Assembly: GCA_934163035.1 (NCBI GenBank)
Contig: CAKPJX010000001.1
Coordinates: 17,294 to 81,293 of the forward strand
Reading direction: 5' to 3'
Source of the DNA: an uncultured Bacilli bacterium
Lineage (GTDB): Bacteria > Bacillota_I > Bacilli_A > RF39 > UBA660
Length of the DNA stretch: 64,000 nt
Below, piece after piece: positions 1 to 9,081 of this stretch (positions within the stretch are counted from its first letter, which is position 1; each line of letters opens with the position of its first letter). A program made the position numbers and the translations under genes. The notes under the pieces were generated by a model. It searched no databases, had not been told where the DNA came from, and worked only from the letters and a program-made list of their open reading frames with translations.

Positions 1-1469
1 GTTCTATTAATTGCGATATAAGTGTCATGATCTATAGAATTAACTCTTTCATCCTTAGAAAAAATAGCTAAAACATTACTCTTTAAACGATATATACCAT
101 AAACAAATTGACTAGGATCCTTAAACTCAAGTAAAACTTTATTTTGACTAGCCATACTTGTCTTATTCTTAGAATTCTTTTTAGCAAGTTCCTTTTGCAT
201 CTTCATATACTTATCAAACTCATCTTTTGATACAGTATAACCTAATTCATTTAAATACTCCAAAGTAAGTTCAAAAGGAAAGCCATATGTATCATAAAGT
301 TTAAAAGCTTCTTCACCGCTTATTGTTCCATCAATAGAAGTTTTAACAAGTTCTTTTAAACGTCTTTCTCCAGCTTCCAAAGTTTTTAAGAATAATTTTT
401 CTTCATCTAAAACCAAAGCCTCAATAAATGGTCTTTTCTCTACCAAGTAAGGATAAGCATCTTTCATAGTATCAACAACATCAGAAACTAATTTATACAT
501 AAATGGTCCACTAAGGTTTAAATGTTTTCCCATTCTAACACTGCGTCTAAGTAAGCGTCTAAGTACGTAACCACGACCAACATTTTCAAAAATAGCCCCA
601 TCAGCTAAAGCAAAAACAATAGCTCTAATATGATCTGCAATTATTTTATATTCTTTTTGACCAGTGTACGCAGCTTTAGCTAATTCCTCTATATGAGTAA
701 GTATCTGTTTAAATAAATCAGTCTCAAAATTACTATCAACACCTTGAAAAATACAACACCATCTTTCAAGACCAGCACCAGTATCAATGTTTTTATTTGG
801 CAATTCTTCATACTCACTACGTGAGATACCATTCTTAGAATTAAATTGACTAAAAACATTGTTCCAAATTTCAACATATCTTTCCTGATCTATATCTTGC
901 TTAAATTTATCAAAGGCATCATGATTAGGATCATACTTCTCCCCACGGTCAAAAAATATCTCTGAATCAGGTCCACATGGTCCTTCTCCAATTTCCCAAA
1001 AGTTACCTGAAAGTGGAATAATGTGAGTAGGATCAAGTCCAACTTCAATCCATTTATTCTTAGATTCAAGATCATCAGAATAAACTGTTACATATAGTAA
1101 ATTTTTATCTATTGCAAAATAATCAGGACTAGTCAATAATTCAAATGAAAATTCAATTGCTTCCTTCTTAAAATAGTCCCCTACTGAGAAATTTCCCATC
1201 ATCTCAAAAAAAGTCTGATGTCTTTTAGTAATCCCAACATTTTCAATATCATTAGTTCTAATACACTTTTGAATACTAACTAATCTCTTTGATGATGGAA
1301 CCTTAGTACCATCAAAATATTTTTTTAATGGCGTAACCCCAGCATTAATCCATAACAAGCTATCATCATTAACCGGTATTAAAGATGCACTTTCGATTTT
1401 TTTATGACCCTTTTCCGTAAAGAATTTAAACCACATATTTCTAATATCATTATGACTCATATATTTCAT
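1..1469 (-). CDS. alaS: alanine--tRNA ligase, N-terminal ~489 codons; the 3' end lies beyond the window start
   Basis: Absent from the ORF track because no stop falls in the window. Hand translation from ATG 1469..1467 gives MKYMSHNDIRNMWFKFFTEKGHKKIESASLIPVNDDSLLWINAGV...KCIRTNDIENVG...HQTFFEMMGNFSVGDYFK, the AlaRS N-terminal signature. A GGAGG RBS lies inside the last codons of the upstream gene. Confidence 0.93.
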   Translation of the reverse strand, partial: MKYMSHNDIRNMWFKFFTEKGHKKIESASLIPVNDDSLLWINAGVTPLKKYFDGTKVPSSKRLVSIQKCIRTNDIENVGITKRHQTFFEMMGNFSVGDYFKKEAIEFSFELLTSPDYFAIDKNLLYVTVYSDDLESKNKWIEVGLDPTHIIPLSGNFWEIGEGPCGPDSEIFFDRGEKYDPNHDAFDKFKQDIDQERYVEIWNNVFSQFNSKNGISRSEYEELPNKNIDTGAGLERWCCIFQGVDSNFETDLFKQILTHIEELAKAAYTGQKEYKIIADHIRAIVFALADGAIFENVGRGYVLRRLLRRSVRMGKHLNLSGPFMYKLVSDVVDTMKDAYPYLVEKRPFIEALVLDEEKLFLKTLEAGERRLKELVKTSIDGTISGEEAFKLYDTYGFPFELTLEYLNELGYTVSKDEFDKYMKMQKELAKKNSKNKTSMASQNKVLLEFKDPSQFVYGIYRLKSNVLAIFSKDERVNSIDHDTYIAINR

Positions 1470-1470
1470 A

Positions 1471-2034
1471 CTATTTTTCCTCCAGCCTACTAATATTTAT
1501 AAGTATCTCATTTAAACGTTTTATGTAGCCATCAACAGTTGTATTATTTAAAATAAAATAATCTGCATAAGCAATAGGTCCACCCTTCGCTAAATTTTCA
1601 ATCTCTGATAAGTCACGATAGATAATATCATCTCTATTAAAAGCTCTATCTACTCTCTTGCCAACACGCTCATATCTTAACCCTTTATCAGCAACAATAC
1701 AAACTAGTTTTAAATTTTCAAATCTCTCAATAAGATATTTATATTCATCCCATGAATAAAGGCCATCAAGTACAACATCATTATCTTTTATTGCCTCCCT
1801 AATGTCCTCCTCTAAAAATTTAGCATAACAGGCCATACCATACTTTTTTCTTAAGCCCTCTCTAAATTCCTTTTCACTCTTACCATCAGGTGTTCTCTCT
1901 ATCCCTTGTTCTTTCATAAGTTTATAGGTAATACCACCAAAATATAACTTTTTCCAGCCAATACTCTCTAAATAGTCAGTCGCAATACTTTTACCACTGC
2001 CGCTCATACCAACTATCGCTATTAACTTATGCAT
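1471..2034 (-). CDS. P-loop nucleotide/nucleoside kinase-like protein (dephospho-CoA kinase/UPF0200-like)
   Basis: Walker A GMSGSGKS. I prefer the ATG at 2034 (MHKLIAIVG) because AGAGGTGG lies 5 nt upstream. The track start at 2055 would overlap the upstream gene further. Confidence 0.6.
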   Translation of the reverse strand: MHKLIAIVGMSGSGKSIATDYLESIGWKKLYFGGITYKLMKEQGIERTPDGKSEKEFREGLRKKYGMACYAKFLEEDIREAIKDNDVVLDGLYSWDEYKYLIERFENLKLVCIVADKGLRYERVGKRVDRAFNRDDIIYRDLSEIENLAKGGPIAYADYFILNNTTVDGYIKRLNEILINISRLEEK

Positions 2035-2578
2035 TAATACCACCTCTTTCTTCACTTTTTACAATTTCTTCAGCACTTCTTTTCAAAGTACCCAAGCCTC
2101 GGTTAACTATTTCATAATCATATTCATCAAAAAGAACCAATTCCGTTTCAGTAACATGACTTCTTTCATCACTAGATAATCCATCATCATAATTTTCTCT
2201 AGTTAAATGTATAGAAATAACATTATCATATCTTTTCTTCATTTCCCTAAATTCCATAATAAGTCTGGCATCAGTAATAATAAATGTATCAAAAAAATTT
2301 TCTAAAATCTCAATATCTTCACAAAGACGATCAATTAAAAAACAATTTTTATGAAGCTTATTCTTTATAATCTCAATTCCCATCTTCTGTAAAAATTCTC
2401 TAGGTTTTTCATGTTCATTACCATCCCACTCAAAATAATTTCTGGCATAAGCATATAAAGGCTCAGTAAGATGCATAACACATGGCCTATATCCATACTT
2501 TTTTAATTCTTCACTTAAATATTTTCCAAATGTTGTTTTCCCACATCTAGCACCACCACCAATAATAAATATTCTCAT
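2027..2578 (-). CDS. P-loop kinase-like protein (deoxynucleotide monophosphate kinase-like)
   Basis: MRIFIIGGGARCGKTT Walker A, with an AAAGGAG RBS at 2590..2584. It is the first gene downstream of the T-box leader. Confidence 0.6.
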   Translation of the reverse strand: MRIFIIGGGARCGKTTFGKYLSEELKKYGYRPCVMHLTEPLYAYARNYFEWDGNEHEKPREFLQKMGIEIIKNKLHKNCFLIDRLCEDIEILENFFDTFIITDARLIMEFREMKKRYDNVISIHLTRENYDDGLSSDERSHVTETELVLFDEYDYEIVNRGLGTLKRSAEEIVKSEERGGINA

Positions 2579-2595
2579 AAATTCTCCTTTTTAAT

Positions 2596-2750
2596 CAAAT
2601 AAAAGACCTCAACAGGAGGACATCAAGCCCGGTACCATCCTATTTTGGTCTTAATTAACATAACGGTTTTCATCCGATTAAGCTCATAAAGTAGCTTCAA
2701 AGATAAATCAATACTAATTTGCACCAACCATTAGCTCTCTAAAAAGATTT
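2596..2750 (-). promoter_or_regulatory. T-box riboswitch leader, specifier GCU (Ala)
   Basis: Minus-strand reading:
- AGAGAG at 2740..2735
- a GGUGCAA element
- GAA-GCU-A with GCU at 2675..2673
- T-box core AAAAUAGGAUGGUACCGGGC at 2646..2627
- helix AAGACCAAAAUAGGA / UCCUGUUGAGGUCUU followed by UUUAUUUG. Confidence 0.75.
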
Positions 2751-2753
2751 TAT

Positions 2754-3932
2754 CTAATACTCATCTTTACTCAATGCTTCTTTAACATTAGAATTATTCA
2801 ATCCTTCAAAAAAGTGAAATTTCTCATTAAGAAATAAGAATATAACTTTTAGGCATGCAACTACAGGAGTTGCTACTACCATACCTATGATACCAAAGAA
2901 ATGTTGAAAAATCAATAGACTAATCATTATTGTAACTGGATGTAATTTCATCGTATGACCCATTATTAAAGGTTGATAGAAATTATTCTCTAAGGTTTGA
3001 ACAACAGCAATAGATACCACAGTACAAATACCTACAACAGGAGATTGACTAAAGCCAACTAAAACAGCTGGAATAGCTCCAATATATGGGCCAAAATATG
3101 GAATGATATCAGTAATAGCACAAAAAAGTGCAAACAAAAGTGGTGCCTTAAGACCAGCTAATGTAAGACCAACTCCCTGAGTAATAAAAACTAAAAACAT
3201 AACAATAAATACACCCTGAACATAGCCTCGTAAAGAATTATTAATTCTAGACATTAATTCCTTATACCAATCAAGCCATTTATTAGGAATAATACTCATA
3301 ATACGTTTATTAATCTTATTATAATCATATAACATATAAAAGCCTATCATGACACCTAAAACTAAAGAAATACCACCACTAATAATAGATTTTCCCATAT
3401 TAAGAACACTATTAGGTAAATCAGTAGTAATATTAACTGCAAAATTTTCTATACTGTGATATAGTTCCTGTTTTGCAGCCGATATATCAAAAAGTTCTGT
3501 CTTAATATTTTCAAAAAGTCCATTTATAAATATTTTAGCATCTACAACAATATCTGGAATAGATCCAATGAAGTCTTTTACCTGCATCGCAAAAGTAGGA
3601 ACAAGTAAATAAACGGCTAATGAAAGTCCCCCAATAAATACTAAGTATATTAAAATACATCCTAATAATCTAGGCACTTTCTTAGACTGTAGCCACGAAA
3701 GCAGAGGATCAAATAGCCAAGCAATTATAATGCCTACAAATATAGGCGAAATAACTATAAGTAATTCCTTAATAATATTAAAAATTTTCCATTCCTTAAG
3801 AAGATATGTACCTAAAACAATTAAAACTATAATTGTAACAATATAGATAATTTGCATTAATCTTTTACCAATTTCTAAAATCTCATTTAAATTATCTATA
3901 TCTACTTCCTTTTCCTTACGCTTTCTAAACAT
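2754..3932 (-). CDS. AI-2E family transporter (PerM/YhhT-like permease)
   Basis: 392-aa polytopic membrane protein. Its length, topology and conserved C-terminal PYFGPYIGAIPA-type segment are typical of the AI-2E family. Confidence 0.75.
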   Translation of the reverse strand: MFRKRKEKEVDIDNLNEILEIGKRLMQIIYIVTIIVLIVLGTYLLKEWKIFNIIKELLIVISPIFVGIIIAWLFDPLLSWLQSKKVPRLLGCILIYLVFIGGLSLAVYLLVPTFAMQVKDFIGSIPDIVVDAKIFINGLFENIKTELFDISAAKQELYHSIENFAVNITTDLPNSVLNMGKSIISGGISLVLGVMIGFYMLYDYNKINKRIMSIIPNKWLDWYKELMSRINNSLRGYVQGVFIVMFLVFITQGVGLTLAGLKAPLLFALFCAITDIIPYFGPYIGAIPAVLVGFSQSPVVGICTVVSIAVVQTLENNFYQPLIMGHTMKLHPVTIMISLLIFQHFFGIIGMVVATPVVACLKVIFLFLNEKFHFFEGLNNSNVKEALSKDEY

Positions 3933-4014
3933 AACTCATCCTCCTTACTTAAATTATATCACATAAACTAGCAATAGATCACCAAATAAAGTATAATATT
4001 TTTAGGTGATATAA

Positions 4015-4605
4015 ATGTATTCAATAAATAAGGTAAAAACAAGTGAAATAATTATTAAGAATTCTCGTTTTATTACTATATTAGTGCCAATAACTTCAAA
4101 GTCAAATATAACTAACATACTAGATAAAATAAAAGAAAATTATCCAAAAGCAAATCACTACTGTTACGCTTATATTACAGAAAATTCTCAAAAATCAAGT
4201 GATGATAAAGAACCATCATCAACAGCTGGTATACCAATGTTAAATGTATTAATAAAAAATAATATAATAAATGTACTAGCAGTAACTGTAAGATACTTTG
4301 GAGGAATAAAACTAGGTGCTGGTGGCTTAATAAGAGCCTACTGCAAATCAGTAACAACAGCTCTTAAAAGCACCAAATTAATAGAACTAGAAGATGCTAT
4401 AGAAATAGAAATATATGTAGAATATAATAATCAAAAAAATCTAGAAAATATTTTAAAAGCATCAAAAATAACAGAAAAAGAATTTACAGACAAAATTAAA
4501 TATATTGCCATAATCCCAATAATTATTAAAGATAAACTTAATAACTATGAGTATAAAATCTTAAATGAAAAATGTTACTTAGAAAAATATGAATATGAAT
4601 CATAA
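4015..4605 (+). CDS. yigZ: YigZ/IMPACT family protein
   Basis: Motifs KNSRFI, ANHYCYAY, DDKEPSSTAG and RYFGGIKLGAGGLIRAY. Confidence 0.85.
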   Translation: MYSINKVKTSEIIIKNSRFITILVPITSKSNITNILDKIKENYPKANHYCYAYITENSQKSSDDKEPSSTAGIPMLNVLIKNNIINVLAVTVRYFGGIKLGAGGLIRAYCKSVTTALKSTKLIELEDAIEIEIYVEYNNQKNLENILKASKITEKEFTDKIKYIAIIPIIIKDKLNNYEYKILNEKCYLEKYEYES

Positions 4606-4625
4606 ATAAGTACATACTATATAAT

Positions 4626-5150
4626 ATGAAAAAGAAAAATATTATAAAATTTTTTAGTGTATTGATAATATCTGTAATATCTCATTTTATATATGATAAT
4701 ATCCAATCAGTACTAACAAGTATTTTCTTTCCAGTAAATGAAAGTATCTTTGAACACATGAAGTTAATTATAACTCCAATCCTACTATTTACAATAATAG
4801 AATATTTATACGATAAATATAAAAAAATAGATACTACAAACTTATTATTAGCAAACGTCATCTCGGCAATATTAGGTATAATCTTCTACTTAATAATTTA
4901 TCTACCAATAGATAGTGTTATTGGATATAAAATGATAGTAGCTATAGGCTTATTAATAATTGACTTTGTCTTTACAACCTTAATAGCAGAAAAAATTAAG
5001 GAGAAATTAAAGGTTAAACATAGTGATCTACTAGCAATAATTATAATTATAGTATCCTATGCCATAATCACTTATCTAACCTATGCTCCCCCTCATATAA
5101 AATTATTTTTAGATATAACAGATAACTCATACGGAATCAAAAAAAGATAA
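4626..5150 (+). CDS. small integral membrane protein (DUF6512-like)
   Basis: 174 aa with several TM helices and a FPVNESIFEHMKL motif. Confidence 0.5.
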   Translation: MKKKNIIKFFSVLIISVISHFIYDNIQSVLTSIFFPVNESIFEHMKLIITPILLFTIIEYLYDKYKKIDTTNLLLANVISAILGIIFYLIIYLPIDSVIGYKMIVAIGLLIIDFVFTTLIAEKIKEKLKVKHSDLLAIIIIIVSYAIITYLTYAPPHIKLFLDITDNSYGIKKR

Positions 5151-5172
5151 GCAACCTTATCTTTTTTCTTTA

Positions 5173-6474
5173 TTATAATATGTTTTTAAAAGCATCAATT
5201 AAACTAGAAACAGGAGCACATCCCATAAAGCATACGACAGCATCTTTATCATTAGATAACTTATCAATAGAATCCTCACTTATTTTATCTCCATCTCTAA
5301 GTTTAGAAATAATAAGATCAGAAGATATACCAGGATAATCTTCTGGTTTTTCTCTATTACACAAAATATCCGTAACAAAAGCCTTATCAGCTATATTTAA
5401 AGCTTCAACAAAGTCATCAGTAAAGTCTTTAGTTCTAGAATAAGTATTAGGCCTAAATACAACAACCAACTTTTTATCAGGATATTTTTGTTTAATGGCC
5501 TCTAAAGTAACTTTAATTTCAGTAGGATGATGTGCATAATCATCAATTATAATAGTACCATTATATACTTCCTCAGCAAATCTTCTTTTAGCATTATGGA
5601 AAGTATTTAAAGAACTAGCTATCTCTTCATAACTAAAGCCTAACTCCTTAGTTAGAATAATAGCTGCTGCTACATCATATACCATATGCTTACCAAAAAG
5701 AGGTATATCAAAATGGCCAAATAGGTTGCCATTAATCATCAAATCAAAACTAGATCCATCTGCATTAAGAACTAAATTTTTAATAATTGCATCATTATCA
5801 TCATTAAAACCATAGAATATAACTGGTGTTTTATAATTAATTTTTCTAACTTCTTCATTATCCCCGTTAGCAACAATTAACTTCTTTGTTTGATTAGCAA
5901 ATATTTCAAATGTGTTCCTAATATCATCAATATCCCTATAACATTCTAAATGCTCCGCCTCAATATTGGTAATAATTGAATAAGTTGGATGATATGCAGT
6001 AAAATGTCTATTAAATTCATCACTTTCAACAACGAAATATTTATTATCTAAAGTAGCATGACCATCTCCGGCACCAATAAAATAATTACATGGCATTTTC
6101 CCTTCAATTATATGTCTAATTAATGATGAAGTAGTAGTTTTGCCATGCGTACCACTAACACCTATAGAAGTAAATAAATCAATAACTTCTCCCATAATCA
6201 CATTATATTTTTTTATTTGTAAACCAAGCTTCTTAACCCGAATAATTTCAGGATGATCCTCACTAAAGGCCACACTATAAGTTACTATAGTATCCTTATC
6301 AATAGGATGTTCTTGATCATGATAAATTAAAATACCCCTCTCGTCAAGTCCAACCTGAGTAAACTTATGTTCAACAGTATCATCATACCCAGAAACGTCA
6401 TTACCTAAATCACAAAGTATTTGTGCCAAAGTAGACATTCCAGCCCCTTTAATACCAATACAATAATATTTCAT
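5173..6474 (-). CDS. murC: UDP-N-acetylmuramate--L-alanine ligase
   Basis: MKYYCIGIKGAGMSTLAQIL, GVSGTHGKTTT and DDYAHHPTE. I trimmed the start to the ATG at 6474, which has an AAGGAGTGA RBS. The track's 27-aa N-terminal extension runs through a terminator. Confidence 0.95.
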   Translation of the reverse strand: MKYYCIGIKGAGMSTLAQILCDLGNDVSGYDDTVEHKFTQVGLDERGILIYHDQEHPIDKDTIVTYSVAFSEDHPEIIRVKKLGLQIKKYNVIMGEVIDLFTSIGVSGTHGKTTTSSLIRHIIEGKMPCNYFIGAGDGHATLDNKYFVVESDEFNRHFTAYHPTYSIITNIEAEHLECYRDIDDIRNTFEIFANQTKKLIVANGDNEEVRKINYKTPVIFYGFNDDNDAIIKNLVLNADGSSFDLMINGNLFGHFDIPLFGKHMVYDVAAAIILTKELGFSYEEIASSLNTFHNAKRRFAEEVYNGTIIIDDYAHHPTEIKVTLEAIKQKYPDKKLVVVFRPNTYSRTKDFTDDFVEALNIADKAFVTDILCNREKPEDYPGISSDLIISKLRDGDKISEDSIDKLSNDKDAVVCFMGCAPVSSLIDAFKNIL

Positions 6475-6540
6475 ATACAATTCACTCCTTATTAATATAT
6501 AGTATACAGTAATTAAAATAATTAGTAAATATATCAAAGT

Positions 6541-6565
6541 AAAGAAAAAAAGCATTAAAATGCTT
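6541..6565 (-). terminator. rho-independent terminator after the small zinc-ribbon gene
   Basis: Minus strand AAGCAT-UUUA-AUGCUU followed by UUUUUUUCUUU. Confidence 0.55.
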
Positions 6566-6734
6566 ATTTATTTTCAGTATTTTGTCTTTCAGCTTTTCTT
6601 TTGTCGCGACATTCTTTACATCTTTTTGGCTCATTATCCAAACCTTTTTCTTTGTAGAAAGCTTGTTCTCCAGCTGTAAATACAAACTCATTACCACAGT
6701 CTTTGCATACTAGTGTTTTATCTGTAAACTCCAT
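6564..6734 (-). CDS. 56-aa zinc-ribbon protein (two CxxC pairs)
   Basis: Below the ORF-track size cutoff. Hand translation gives MEFTDKTLVCKDCGNEFVFTAGEQAFYKEKGLDNEPKRCKECRDKRKAERQNTENK. An AAGGAGGGTAA RBS lies upstream and a terminator downstream. Confidence 0.65.
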   Translation of the reverse strand: MEFTDKTLVCKDCGNEFVFTAGEQAFYKEKGLDNEPKRCKECRDKRKAERQNTENK

Positions 6735-6882
6735 TAATTACCCTCCTTATTTTAGAATTGGATCTTGTTTAAAAGGTAATAGTTTCCAGATAAATAAGGA
6801 AATAAATAGCCACTTTAATAAAAATCCAGTGATATCTCACAGTTAAAAATATACCATAAATAATATAAATATGCAAACAATT

Positions 6883-7515
6883 TCAGTTTTGTTTAATAGT
6901 CACTTTACACTTAGCCTCTTCTCTTTCTAACTTAGAATATATACAGCCACAAAAATCTTGACGATATAAATTATATTCTTTAGAAAGTTCAATGCTTCTC
7001 TTATATCCATTATTTTTCTTAAAATCAGCATACAAGTAATTTGTATCATACTGAGTAGCCAATTTCTCCCCTATCTCATTAAGCCACAAACTATTTTTAT
7101 ATGGACTTATACTTAAAGTAGTAGTAAAAAAATCAAAATTAAGCCTTCTAGCTACTAACGCAGTCTCCCTTAATCGTAATTCATAACATTTGTAGCATCT
7201 CTTGCCACGTTCCTTCTCTTTTTCAAGTCCCTTAGAAATAGCAAAATATTCATTAGGATCATATCTTCCGTCTATTACTTTTATAGTATATTCAGTCTTA
7301 ATTTTAGCAACAAAGTTTTTTAGTTCTAATAGTCTTTTATTATATTCATCTTTATCAGTAATATTAGGATTAAAAAATAGAATAGTTATTTCAAAAATAG
7401 AAGCAAGTCTTTCAATAACAGCAGATGAGCATGGTGCACAACAAGCATGTAATAATAGACTAGAGTCTCTTTTTATATTACTAATTTGTTCTTGCATTAC
7501 TAAATCATAATTCAT
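6883..7515 (-). CDS. queH: epoxyqueuosine reductase QueH (DUF208)
   Basis: LLLHACCAPCSS plus the C-terminal CxxC/CGC cysteines typical of QueH. Confidence 0.85.
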   Translation of the reverse strand: MNYDLVMQEQISNIKRDSSLLLHACCAPCSSAVIERLASIFEITILFFNPNITDKDEYNKRLLELKNFVAKIKTEYTIKVIDGRYDPNEYFAISKGLEKEKERGKRCYKCYELRLRETALVARRLNFDFFTTTLSISPYKNSLWLNEIGEKLATQYDTNYLYADFKKNNGYKRSIELSKEYNLYRQDFCGCIYSKLEREEAKCKVTIKQN

Positions 7516-7606
7516 ATGCTATCACCTCATTACTCCTTATTTTAGCACAAAATAAAGTATAACAAAAGTAATAACATATTTTTAATCAAATAACATAATC
7601 TATAAT

Positions 7607-8359
7607 ATGAATAATATAATTTTACCATTTTTAATAACAACTTTAGCTGGTCTGTCAACTATGATCGGAATAATACCATGCTATTTTAAAGAAAAAAATA
7701 AAGACACCATCATAGCTTTTTGCCTAGCCGCATCAAGTGGTGTCATGATATCGATATCAATGTTTTCCCTAATACCAGAATCTATAAAATTAATGTCAAC
7801 TAATATATCAATAATGGGATCATTTTTAATGACATTTATCTTTATAACTATAGGTATAATAACCTCATCTAATATAGATAAAAACGTAAATAAGTATATA
7901 TCAAACAGTAAACTCTACAAACTAGGAATCATCTCTATTATTGCCTTAATACTTCACAACATACCAGAAGGAATCACTACCTTTATATCTACAAGTTCAA
8001 ATATAAAACTGGGAATAACTCTCTCACTTGCAATAGCTCTTCATAACATTCCAGAAGGTATCGCCATTGCTATTCCAATCTTTTATTCAACCAAAAGCAA
8101 AAAAAGAGCCATTATATATACAGCTATATCTGGCTTTTCAGAATTATTTGGAGCAATACTAGCCTATTTATTTTTATCAAAATATATTAATAACTTTATT
8201 CTATCACTAATATTAGCTCTAACTGCTGGTATAATGCTACACATATCAATATATGAATTATTACCATCATCACTAGACTATAAAAAAAGCAAAGTAACAA
8301 TTATCTCCTTTATAATAGGATTTTGTATAATGTTACTTTGTGATTTATTAATAAATTAA
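7607..8359 (+). CDS. zupT: ZIP family metal (zinc) transporter
   Basis: Duplicated LHNIPEGI motifs (LILHNIPEGITT and ALHNIPEGIAIA) in a polytopic 250-aa protein. Confidence 0.8.
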   Translation: MNNIILPFLITTLAGLSTMIGIIPCYFKEKNKDTIIAFCLAASSGVMISISMFSLIPESIKLMSTNISIMGSFLMTFIFITIGIITSSNIDKNVNKYISNSKLYKLGIISIIALILHNIPEGITTFISTSSNIKLGITLSLAIALHNIPEGIAIAIPIFYSTKSKKRAIIYTAISGFSELFGAILAYLFLSKYINNFILSLILALTAGIMLHISIYELLPSSLDYKKSKVTIISFIIGFCIMLLCDLLIN

Positions 8360-8994
8360 TCTTTCTCTTTACCAAATAATCTTAAAAGTTTAATAAATAT
8401 ATTAATAAAATCTAAATACAATTGAAAAGCCCCATATATTGCCATATTATCAGACTCAAACTCACCCATTCTTGAAATCCTTTGCATATCAAATGCCGTA
8501 TAACCAAAGAAAATAATAAGTGATATAATACAAAGTGCCATATCAAGTGTATTATTCATAATGAATATATTAACAATCTCTAATAGTATTATAGCAAATA
8601 GCCCCATCAATAAATATGTGCTAAATTTACCTAAGTCAATATTTGTATGCTTACCAATAATCGCAAATACTCCAAATAATAAAGATGCAAGTAAGAATAT
8701 AAATATTATTGATGTCATTTTATATATAATAAATATGCTTGAGAAAGTTAAGCCAGTTAAGCCTGCATAAAGTATATATAAAATCTTAGCAATAGTAGGA
8801 TCCATCTTATGTATTCTAGCACCAAGCACTATCGCAACAACAACCTCTAATATAAAGATTACCCAATAGCCAGAGCCAGAAAAAATAGCCGTCAATAACT
8901 TTACGTTTGAAGCAGTTAAATAACCACATGCAAAGGTGACTAATAATCCAACAAATAGCCATGCAAATACTTTGTAATAATTATTTTTCATCAA
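8356..8994 (-). CDS. Bax inhibitor-1/YccA family membrane protein
   Basis: 212 aa with about 7 TM helices and a C-terminal YLDFINIF.LLRL motif. Confidence 0.8.
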   Translation of the reverse strand: MMKNNYYKVFAWLFVGLLVTFACGYLTASNVKLLTAIFSGSGYWVIFILEVVVAIVLGARIHKMDPTIAKILYILYAGLTGLTFSSIFIIYKMTSIIFIFLLASLLFGVFAIIGKHTNIDLGKFSTYLLMGLFAIILLEIVNIFIMNNTLDMALCIISLIIFFGYTAFDMQRISRMGEFESDNMAIYGAFQLYLDFINIFIKLLRLFGKEKD

Positions 8995-9081
8995 TTCCTC
9001 CTTATTATAATATTATTACTACAAGTACAGTATACACTATTTAAAATGAATAGTCACGAACTAATAAGTAAAAAATGTTTA

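Noticed and set aside
689-1075. Track ORFs 689..877 and 890..1075 on the minus strand.
   Set aside because: They lie in alternative frames inside the alaS coding region, which itself is missing from the track because it has no stop in the window.
4175-4357. Numerous 60-100-aa antisense track ORFs, including 4175..4357, 7202..7510, 8561..8770, 9046..9285, 9773..9955, 10448..10633, 11026..11229, 11646..11840, 12173..12418, 14319..14549, 19504..19686, 27083..27334, 29038..29238, 32493..32741, 33183..33443, 35952..36306, 39688..39954, 43778..44005, 49695..49958, 50121..50309, 56136..56318, 60503..60808 and 61208..61492.
   Set aside because: Each lies wholly inside a longer ORF with clear family motifs on the opposite strand or in another frame. 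Their translations are low-complexity and typical of shadow ORFs in AT-rich DNA.
6475-6555. The 27-aa N-terminal extension of murC in the track.
   Set aside because: The canonical MKYYCIGIKGAGMS start has a strong RBS, and the extension crosses the upstream gene's terminator.
6482-6697. A 71-aa track ORF.
   Set aside because: It is an alternative frame of the 56-aa zinc-ribbon gene and runs through that gene's terminator. It has no RBS.
7516-7606. A possible preQ1 riboswitch upstream of queH, or a Zur box upstream of zupT, in the shared divergent region.
   Set aside because: I could not find the preQ1 aptamer consensus. The only feature is a short direct repeat AATAACATA, which is not a convincing Zur/Fur palindrome in sequence this AT-rich.
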